Assembly (NCBI GenBank): GCA_951406725.2
Contig: OX597815.1
Coordinates: 212,288,001-212,352,000, forward strand
DNA: 64,000 nucleotides
Direction of reading: 5' to 3'
Source: Octopus vulgaris
Lineage: Eukaryota
Positions 53,250 through 64,000 of the stretch are shown here, piece after piece. Both the position numbers and the translations under genes were made by a program. The first letter of the stretch is position 1; every line of letters starts with the position of its first letter. Under the pieces are notes generated by a model that searched no databases, was not told the origin of the DNA, and saw nothing but the letters and a program-made list of their open reading frames with translations.

Positions 53250-53405
53250 AAAAAAACAAAAGACGAAGACAGGTGGTGTAGAAAACAAACAGATGTATTA
53301 GTATAACGCTCAGGAATAGAGAAAGTATTTTACGTTTCGAGCCTATGCTCTTCTACAGAAAGGGACACAGAAAAAACAAGGAAGAAACAAGGAGAGTAAA
53401 AAATG
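53250..53405 (-). mobile_element. Penelope-like terminal-repeat remnant with degenerate hammerhead-like motif (53328-53361)
   Basis: Minus strand ttt ctgtaga a gagc-atag-gctc gaa acgt a aaa, followed by ttcctgagcgt...taatac as at 8475-8498. Confidence 0.55.
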
Positions 53406-56010
53406 GGATACACAGCTGTTTTGAACTGTACACCTTTTCCAAATAGGAAACAGGCCAATCAACATACGCTAGAGCTTGGAAAATCAAGGTAAGAAGTAGA
53501 TGCAATCAGATACATTTAACAATCTGGAGTAGAAGCTGAAAAATCCTACAGGTGTCAGGTAATACTACTTATGGCCAGAGAAATTCACTTTGAAACAATT
53601 TGGTTTCAGGTTCAGTCCTATTGCACAGCACTTCAGGCAAGTATCTTCTAATTTAGCTCCATCTAACAAATTCATTCACAAGGCATTAGCTGACCTGCAG
53701 CAGGTCAACGAATTTTGGGACAATGCCAGCAATTTTAGGTGAAAGGATGAATTAATTACATTGAGCCCAGGGTCCAACTGGTACTTGTTTTACTGAGCCT
53801 AAAAGGATGAAAGGCAAAGCCAAGTTTGGCAGCATTTGAACTCAGAACATAAACATGGACAAAATACCACGAAGAATTTTGCCTGGTTTTCTAAAGATTC
53901 TGCCAGCTCACCACCTTATCATATGACAAATATTGATATACAGAAGTGAGAGAGAAAAAAACATGCATGGATGTATGTATGCATGTATGTATGTATGTAC
54001 ATGAAAAAACTTTATTCTAGATGGTATGATATTTCAGTAAGGGAGAGGTTGACAGTAACTTCGAAGTTTTGGCTCAGTCACCTTTGTCAGAGAGTCTGGT
54101 GAATGCAACTGAGCCAAAGCTTGTAAATTATTGCCAAGCCTTTCACTTGCTAAAATAAAATGCTATACTCAACTGGATGTATTGAGTGATACATGAATTT
54201 GACTGCATTTAATTCGTGTGTATATATATATATATATAATAAACATTTATAAGATGCAGGTATGGCTGTGTGGTAAGAGGTTTGCTTTCAATCCCTGCAA
54301 TTGCAGGTTCGGTCCTACTGCGTGGCCCTTTGGGCAAGTGTCTTCTACAACAACTCTGGTTAGACCAAGGTTTTAGAAGAAATGAGTGGGTTTGGTTGAC
54401 AGAAACTGAAAGCCTATTATATACGTATGTATACATATGTGTGATTTGTGTGTTTGCGTGCACAGGCCTTTGCCTTGACATCACAGGATAGTTGTGAGTA
54501 AATATCACCAGATCACCATCATACACAGGTGTCTATTCTTTCCGGTCTTCTGAGAAAACATGTCTGGTCATAGGGAAACATCACTTTACTTGAAAATAAG
54601 CGAGGATTGGAAACAGAAAGGGCATCCAACTGTAGAAAAATCTGTCTCAACAAATTCCATCTAATCCATGTCAGCATGTAAAAGGAGATGTTAAAATCAT
54701 GATGATGATTTCTCACACACGTGCACGCGCGCACACACACACACACACAGGTACACACACATGGATGGATAGATAGAAATAAGAAGTGGAAAATTAGATA
54801 AATCTAAGAAAAAATTGCAACCTTTGTCTCCAGCATTATAAGATAATTACAGTGAAAAATTAGACTTTGGATGAGATAGCAAAGTTTTAGTGTCTGCCCC
54901 ACTTTCACACACACACAATATATATATATATATTATATAATATACATGCACGCACACACACACACATATATATATTTATAAAATACATGCACACATATAT
55001 AAATATATATATAATATACACACACATACATAAATATATAAATACATACACATATACAGAATATAAGAGAAACACCTGTAAGATAATGTAATTAAATAAT
55101 CTAAGTACCAATAGTCTAAACACTCAAGTTTTGTATTCTCTCTCTGTACTCAATGATCTTCCTAACTATAGGAACCAGTGAGAAGATACACGGACTATTC
55201 CTAATGAGCTTCCTTAGTAGATTTCTTTCTTCCGATATATAAGGATGCACTGATTATATCTCATTTAAATTGAAATTACATACACACATGCACATACGTA
55301 CATGTATGTAGTTTCCTGTTCTGTTATGGTAGGATGAACAAAAATGTACTCCATCCAGTGAGAGATAAATATCATTTAAAGTACACAGTGTTTAAAATAA
55401 AGAGCTACTGATAGTTTCTTGCCGTAAAGACATGAGGCATATTACATAAATCTGCCTAATTGCAGGGTCTCTATAGCAAGAAACTGTCAGTATCTCTTAC
55501 TTTAAATAATGCATGCATTAAATGATATTAATGACTTATAGGGGTGTGGTATTTCATTACACAACCATAATATACTATAACGTATATTAAACGATTGTTT
55601 ATAAATCAACAGTATGTTCTACTGTGTTAGCAGTGTGTTTTACATCACCTGTTAAGGCTATCTCTACAGATATTCTGCAGAGATTATAGCCAGCACTGAC
55701 TTCTGTTATGATGCTTCGTATCCACGACATTAGAAACAAGGCCTAAAATTTTGAAGGGAGGGGGTGCTAACCACTTAAATCAATCCCAGTGCTCCACTTC
55801 TACTTATTTGATCAAAGTGAAAAGGATAGAGAGCAAAGCTGACCTTGCCAGAAATTGAACTCAGGAAAAAAAAAAACTGGAAGACCTGCCACTAAACGTT
55901 ATGTCTGGCATGCTAACAATTTTTCCAGCTCACTGCCTTCCATGCTTACTGAAATAATATAAAACAATATCATAAAATGACTAATCTTGAAGTTTTGCAT
56001 CTCTGCATAC

Positions 56011-56409
56011 TTACTCTTTACTCTTACTTGTTTCAGTCATTTGACTGTGGCCATGCTGGAGCACCACCTTTAGACAAGCAAATCAACCCCAGGACTAATT
56101 CTTTGTAATCCTACTACTTATTCTATTGGTCTCTTTTGCAGAACCGCTAAGTTATGGGGAACATAAACACACCAGCATTGGTTGTCAAGCGATGTTGGGG
56201 ACGACAAACACAGACACACAAACATATACACACACATACATATATACAACAGGCTTCGTTCAGTTTCTGTCTACCAAATCCACTCAAAAGGCTTTGGTCG
56301 GCCCAAGGCTAAAGTAGAAGACACTTGCCCAAAATGCCACGCAGTGGAACTGAACCCGGAACCATGTGGTTCGTAAGCAAGCTACTTACCACACAACCAC
56401 TCCTACGCC
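56011..56409 (-). mobile_element. SINE family A copy
   Basis: Reverse complement of 5704-6092. Confidence 0.88.
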
Positions 56410-57199
56410 ATTTTAATCTTTTTGTTACCATACCTCTTTTAAAATACACAACCATTGTTTTAATTAATTTTGAAAATTCTGAAGGATTTAATAAAATAAC
56501 ATAGGTATCATTAAGCTGGTGTTTGCAACATAACATGGAATTTTCATGAGCGGTTGAAATTTAGATCACCTTCAAACAGTAAGTTTATATCATAGAACCA
56601 GGGATGTTCTCAGGTGTCTACGTATGAAAAGGGTTAATATTTTCATCATTAAATATATTAACTTTAACCCTTTCGTTACTGGCACTCGAGCCCCATGCTA
56701 GTAGGGTTTTAAGAGCACCATCTGAGCATGATCATTGCCAGAGCAGCTATCTGGCCTCCATGCCAGTGGTATGTAAAAGGCACCATTCAAGCGTGATCGT
56801 TACCAGCATCACCTTACTGGCATCTGTGCCAGTGGCATGTGTAAAAGATCCAAGCGAGGTTGTTGCCAGTACTGCCTAACTGGCCCCGTGCTGGTGGCAC
56901 ATAAAAGCACCCACTACACTCTCGGAGTGGTTGGCATTAGGAAGGGCATCCAGCTGTAGAAACTCTGCTAGATCAAGACTGAAGCCTGGTGCAGCCATCT
57001 GGTTCGCCAGCCCTCAGTCAAATCGCCCAACCCATGCTAGCATGGAAAGCGGACGTTAAACGATGATGATGATTTATGTTGAAATATACTGCCTTTGCTT
57101 CAATTAATTCGGAAAATAAAGAATTTAGTAAAATAACTTTGTTATTACAAAGCTGGTGTCTGGAACATAAATTGAGATGAAATTTTAATGGAAGATTCT

Positions 57200-58265
57200 A
57201 GTCACTGGCATCGTTAATCAGCTTACTCAGGAAGTCATAATCCCCAGGGACTGGTGCAGCAGTATCATAGTCAGCTGCTACAAGGGTAACAAAGAGACCT
57301 CAGAATAGAAGTAATTATAGAGACATCAAATTGCTGGACCAGGTGAAAGTTACTGAGAGAGTTGTAGCCCAATTAATTAGGAACAGAATTAGACTGGATG
57401 AAATGCAGTTTGGCTTTGCGCCAGGGAGAAGCACTACTGATTCTATTTTCATAGTCAGATAACTGTAAGAGAAGTATTTAGCTAAGAATAAGCTGTTGTA
57501 ATAGGTATTTGTTGATCTGAAGAAAGCCTTCAACAGAGTATCTCGCTGTGTGATATGTTGGTCTCTGAGAGAACTAGAAGACAAATGGCTCGTGAAAGCA
57601 GTACAGGCCACGCACACACAGGCATGCTGTTAATAAGCCAGGTGTTAAGGACATCTCAACAGATTTTCCACATTAATTATAGCCAGCACTGACTTTTGTT
57701 AGGATGTTTCATATCTGAGACACCAGATGTAAACAAACAATAGAATCAAAGAGATGAGTAAGATAAGAGTCAACCATGGGTTCAGTGAATTTAGTGAACA
57801 GGTAGGTGTTCACCAAAGCTCAGTCCTCAGCCTCCTCCTATTCATCATCATCCAGGCAATAACAGAGAAATTTAAGACCAGTTGCCCCTGGGAACTACTC
57901 TATGCTGATGATTTTGCATTGTAGAATCTGTAACAGAACTAGAAATGATATTCCAGGTGTAGAAACAAAACCAGGAATTGAAGGGCCTTAAAGTTAACTT
58001 AGCAAAGGCAAAGGTCCTAGTAAACAAGAAATCACACAGGGTCCTACTCACTTCAGGTAAATGGCCCTGCTCAATAAGTAGGAAAGGTGTGGGCAGGAAT
58101 TCCATTCAGTGTGCTCAGAGCAAGCAATGGACACACAAAGGTGCAGTGGAATCACAGGAAGGTTAACGGAAGAAGTAGTGTTTGTATGTGGAAGATGTAT
58201 AGGAGCCATAAAGTCTACAGATATATGGGGAAAGTGATTTTTGTCAAATGCCCTGGAGGCTCTCT
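57200..58265 (+). mobile_element. Decayed RTE-clade LINE ORF (RT domain plus downstream Cys-rich segment)
   Basis: NYRDIKLLDQ...LDEMQFGFAPGRSTTDSIFIVR*L*EKY...FVDLKKAFNRV; GVHQSSVLSLLLFII; WELLYADDF; GLKVNLAKAKVL; KWPCSISRKGVGRNSIQC. Stops and frameshifts are present. Confidence 0.9.
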
Positions 58266-58569
58266 ATGTGACTACTATGTGATTCTTTGATCTGCAAAAT
58301 ACAGCACAATCATCTCCTTATCTTGAGACAAAACAGGCAGAACTTTTGCCTCCTCTAGGCAGTGGATAGTCATTTAAACCATTTGCATAGCTTTCAATGT
58401 CAGGATTAAGTGTCAGGACAAATGTGACCTTTTGCTTTCATGTCTAAATATTTTCAGACCACAACAGATTCAACTGCACTGTGTGGTATCTTGAGTGTCT
58501 TCTACTATATCCCCCAAGCCAACCAAAACCTTGTGAGTTGATTTGGTAGACAACAACTAAAAGAAAACC

Positions 58570-58624
<55 letters not shown>

Positions 58625-59247
58625 ACCCTTGGCTTGACATCATGTGATGGTTGTAAGCCAAGCATCATCATTATTCAAGTGATGCTGTTTCTTTCCAGTC
58701 TTCCATGGAAAACATGTCTGGCAAAGAGGAAATATTACATTGCTTGGAAAACATGAGGGTTGGTGACAGAAAGGGTCCTCAGATGCAGGAAATTTGTCTG
58801 AACAAATTCTATTTGACCCATGCAAGCATGGAGATGATGATGATGATGATGGGGAGGAGGAGGAGGAGGAGGATATAGCTAAATAGATACTGATATAAAT
58901 CCTTTCACCCTTTAACATTTAAACCAGCCATATCTGGACCAAATATCCTTCTTGTTTTACAGTCAAACTAGCTTCTAGATCTGGCTTCTCACACCTATGC
59001 TACAATGTCATCCAAAAGATAAACAGTCGCATCATCAAAATCTCAAATTTGCAATACAAAGTATGATCAACTTAAAACAACGCATATGAATAAATATTAA
59101 TTTGATAGAAAAATTTGAATAGCAAAAGGTTAATAGATATGCAGGTGTGTTGACATACATACATACATTTCATTCATTTGTTCATACATACAATGAACTC
59201 AAAGACAAGATGTTAGTGTATCTCAGGCAACATAGTTGTGGTCTAGT

Positions 59248-59469
59248 ACTCTTTTACTCTTTTACTTGTTTCACTCTTCTGACTGCGGCCATGCTGGAGC
59301 ACCGCCTTTATAGTCGAGCAAATGGACCCCAGAGCTTATTCATTCTTTGTATGCCTAGTACTTATTCTATCAGTCTCTTTTGCCGAACTGCAAAATTACA
59401 GGGACGTAGACACACCAGCATCAGTTGTCAAGAGATGTTCGGGGGGGGGGGGGGGACAAACACAAACAA

Positions 59470-59529
<60 letters not shown>

Positions 59530-59689
59530 CAGGCTTCTTTCAGTTTCTGTCTACCAAATCCATTCACAAGGATTTGGTCAGCCCGAGGCTACAGTAGAAG
59601 ACACTTGCCCAAGGTGCCACGCAGTGGGACTGAACCCGGGACCAAGTGGTTAGAAAGCAAACTACTTACCACACGGCCACTCCTGCGCC
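59248..59689 (-). mobile_element. SINE family A copy
   Basis: Full-length reverse complement of 5704-6092. Confidence 0.88.
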
Positions 59690-60177
59690 TACGTACAGAG
59701 AAATAGCAGGGTAACACCGTTAGTAGGATGGTGAGGGTGGGTGCCTTACTAAGAGAAGTTAAGCTAAGTTATGAGGAATGAAGGAGAGTGGGAATGAACA
59801 GGTAAAAGTTAGCAATTATTGATGGCGAAACCAAAAGGTAAGAATGAAAGATGAGAGAATTGAAAAATGAAGGGGGAGAAAAAAAACCCTGGATGGAAAA
59901 TGTAGAAAAATGACAAAATGAAAAGATGATGTGAAGCTGAGATAGTGTGATAGATTTTAATAGATTACATGAACAGAGAGGAAGCCCTGGAAATCCTCGT
60001 TTGTAAATTCCAGACAGATTTTTTTTTCCTTTACTTTCAAATTTTACAAAAGTTCATAAGGGCCAATGGCTTTTTGAGAGAGAGAGAGAGAGAGAGATCC
60101 CAAAATCAAATTATTTGGTCACATCTTAGCAGTGTCATTAATGCTTATTATATATATATATAAAAAAAAAAAAAAAC

Positions 60178-60572
60178 AGGAGTGGCTGTGTGGTAAGTAG
60201 CTTGCTAACCAACCACATGGTTCCGGGTTCAGTCCAACTGTGTGGCATCTTGGGCAAGTGTCTTCTGCTATAGCCCCGGGCCGACCAATGCCTTGTGAGT
60301 AGATTTGGTAGACGGAAACTGAAAGAAGCCTGTCGTATATATGTATATATATATATATATATGTGTTTGTGTGTCTGTGTTTGTCCCCCTAGCATTGCTT
60401 GACAACTGATGCTGGTGTGTTTATGTCCCCGTCACTTAGTGGTTCGGCAAAAGAGACCGATAGAATAAGTACTGGGCTTACAAAGAATAAGTCCCGGGGT
60501 CGATTTGCTCGACTAAAGGCGGTGCTCCAGCATGGCTGCAGTCAAATGACCGAAACATGTAAAAAGAGAAAA
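60178..60572 (+). mobile_element. SINE family A copy
   Basis: Near-identical to 5704-6092. Confidence 0.9.
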
Positions 60573-61440
60573 AGATTGTTGTTACAATTTAAATACTCAG
60601 CTATAAAGCTTACTGAAAAGAATTAACAATTGTCAACATCAAAGACATTTCTTCTTTGCTTCTTAAATAGATTAATATTTATCAATAGAACTTCTGACAG
60701 CAAAACAAAGGTCAACCCATCTATCACAAGTTATTATTCTTGGAATGTCAGCTGATCAACTTTCATCTGATTCTTGATTCCAATAGCAACAACCGTTACG
60801 TTCTCTCATGAATATAGTGAAATTATTACATCTTCTTACAAACACACACACACATAAATATAAGTAAATATACATAAGTATATATACATAATGTTTGCTT
60901 ATGTATACACACACACACACACACAAAGTAAAAGACAGTAAAATATAAATGCATATAAATGGATATAAGCTTTATACATAAGAATATATTTTATCTTGAA
61001 CTTCTTTTAGTCATTGGACTGCAGTCATGCTGGGGCACCACATTCAAGGGCTTAGATGAAGAAATTGACCCCAGTACTTATTTTTTAAAGTCTGGCACTT
61101 ATTCTATAGGTCTTTTTTTACCTAACCACTAAGTCAAAGGGATGTAAACAAACCAACCAACACCAGATGTCAAGCAGCTGGTAGAATCGTTAGCACGCCG
61201 GGCGAAATGCTTAACGGTATTTCGTCTGCCGTTACGTTATGAGTTCGAATTCCGCCGAGATCGACTTTGCCTTTCATCCTTTCGGGGTCGATAAATAAAG
61301 TACCAGTTACGCACTGGGATCGATTTAACCGACTTAATCCGTTTGTCTGTCCTTGTTTGTCCCCTCTATGTTTAGCCCCTTGTGGGTAGTAAAGAAATAA
61401 GTAGTGGGGAACACACACACACACACATTCTTTTATAATT

Positions 61441-61833
61441 TTGTTTCAGTCACTTGACTGTAGCCATGCTGGAACACTATCTTTAACCAAACAAATCAAC
61501 CCCAGGACTTATTCTTTGTAAGCCTAGTACTTATTCCATTGGTCTCTTTTCTCGAACTGCTAAGTTACAGGGACATAAACACACCAACATTGGTTTTCAA
61601 GTGATGGTGGGGAAGACAAACACAGACATACAAACATATACATACACACACACACACACACACATACACACAATGGGCTTCTTTCAGTTTCCGTCTACCA
61701 AATCCACTCACAAGGCTTAAGTCGGCCTGAGACTATAGTAGAAGACACTTGCCCAAGGTGCCACGCAGTGGGACTGAACCTGGAACCACATGGTTGGTGA
61801 GCAAGCTACTTACCACACAGCCACTCCTGCACC
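61441..61833 (-). mobile_element. SINE family A copy
   Basis: Reverse complement of 5704-6092. Confidence 0.88.
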
Positions 61834-62280
61834 TGTGCATAACTTATAATAAAGTGTGCCAATGTCTTCCTCTACCCAATTGATATTTTACTCTAGGGAA
61901 CAGAATTCTATTCCCGCCTGGATTGAACAAATCCTTAAGGTAACATAAATTAACTTTTAAGTTGCTCATACCTAATAAAGCCTACTAAGAAAGCATCAAC
62001 TAAGAATAACTTCTTGTTTGTCCATAAATAAAGATACATTGTAGAAAAGCACATCTTTTTAGCAGCATCCAATTGTAAAAATAAACACTTTTCACTGAGA
62101 TGAGGATTTTATGGTTATTTGTTACTCATCACTAAGTGTGTTGGTGGGGCAGGGTGTTTTTTTTTCTTTATGGGATCTTCTTTATATTCTGTATGAATGG
62201 GGAAGTATTATGCATTGCCCTATACATCAGATGGAGTCATCAAACATGGCATGCGTGTTAGTATTTTAATTTATATGGAA

Positions 62281-62880
<600 letters not shown>

Positions 62881-62914
62881 TTTGCCAAAAGCTTGGCAAC
62901 ACCTGCTCAAAGGC

Positions 62915-63400
62915 TGAAGCAAAATTTTCAAAAAGTTTTCCTTGTTCTCAACACAATCAAGGAGATCTTGTGCAACTGAAACCCAAGTGTCTTTTTGGTC
63001 AGCTGAAAGCAGTTTTGGCACAAACTTCGCAGACACACATCTCATACCTGTCGGTAATAATGGACTGAACTGAACCATAGCTAATCTGTTCATCCTCTGA
63101 TAACTCAAGGATGTTGATTCGATGATCTCTCCTCACAGCTGCACACACGTCTGTGATGTTGTGGTGTTTGTCTCAGTTCTGCTGGTTGCGGGTCTCCCAG
63201 AACGTTCATCAATATCGACGTTTTTTCAGCCAGCTTGGAAACACCTGAAACACTCATACACTCCTCTCCATACACTTTCTGCAACTTTGAGTAGGCTTCT
63301 GAGCAGGTATCGCCATGACAACTTCCTGTGTTATGGTCAATGTGGTGATCACATGCTACGCACCTTCCTTCCAAGCACTGCTGTAAACAGTGGAAGTGAG
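62915..63400 (-). mobile_element. Decayed mariner-family transposase N-terminal fragment
   Basis: CSEAYSKLQKVYGEECMS (HTH region) and GMRCVSAKFVPKLLSADQKDTWVSVAQDLLDCVENKENFLK (WVPHEL-like linker), broken by frameshifts. Confidence 0.85.
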
Positions 63401-64000
63401 CTAGAATGGTAAAACTTAGCACACATACACAACAGAGTTCAAGGTCAGTCTGAGCTAAGTGGCTTCACTCAGCATCCTTTAGTTTTGTTACTATGGCAAC
63501 GGTCTGAATACTTAAATAAAACATGTAACAGTTGTCCACCGAGGGTCAATGTAATTTTAGTCCGTGTGCCTATAGTAAAAAGGATTATTATTATTATTGA
63601 GTGGGAGAGCAGTGCATGCCATCAAAGTGATACCGAGGTAAAATATACGAATATAATATCAAGTTTGCCAGAGAAAGGAGTAACAGTGTTTATGACCTAT
63701 AAAAGTCCTCTGGTATGACTGATACCCTGAGACTGATGTGATTTATACCCTCTCTGAATATTTTGCATGTTGATGTCAGCAAGAAACAACATCAACAAGA
63801 AAGAAACTGGAATTACAGTTTAAATGCTCTTTAAAGAGTTAGCTCCATTAAAGGCACTAAAAGACTAGGTGGAATTAACAGGTGATATATTAGGCCTATT
63901 ATCCTTACAATATCCTTCTTAATAGTAAAAAAGGAAATAATTTCATTTTTAGCTAAGTTGTGTGAGGCAAATAAGGCAGTTTAACATAAATTGTCCAAGG

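Overview
AT-rich, microsatellite- and repeat-dense eukaryotic genomic DNA. It is most likely a coleoid cephalopod such as Octopus, inferred from the SINE/LINE-tail families and not verified by a search. One large gene lies on the minus strand. Seven GT-AG exons were found by eye: 52851-52944, 47523-48027, 45024-45196, 39192-39262, 34382-34541, 17983-18117 and 15487-15595. The first five join in frame and the last two join in frame, but a phase 1-to-2 exon is missing between 34382 and 18117. They encode a Ser-rich, probably disordered region with a FFAT-like motif, RxxSxP motifs and a Lys-rich stretch; an Lbc-family RhoGEF is a weak guess. The introns hold tRNA-headed SINEs, (GAT)n-tailed LINE 3' ends, piggyBac-type TTAA MITEs, and decayed Gypsy, CR1/L2, RTE, R4/Dong and mariner pieces. 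The most interesting signals are (1) several unrelated Penelope/retrozyme-like fold-back elements carrying minimal type-I hammerhead ribozyme motifs, best seen in a near-intact 363-nt unit at 31206-31879 and a canonical-core hammerhead with branched stem II at 9638-9723; (2) a U6 snRNA retrocopy fused to a SINE/LINE 3' tail; and (3) a SINE expanded internally into a 6 x 184-bp higher-order array. Nearly all ORFs in the supplied track are repeat artefacts. Repeat boundaries are approximate.
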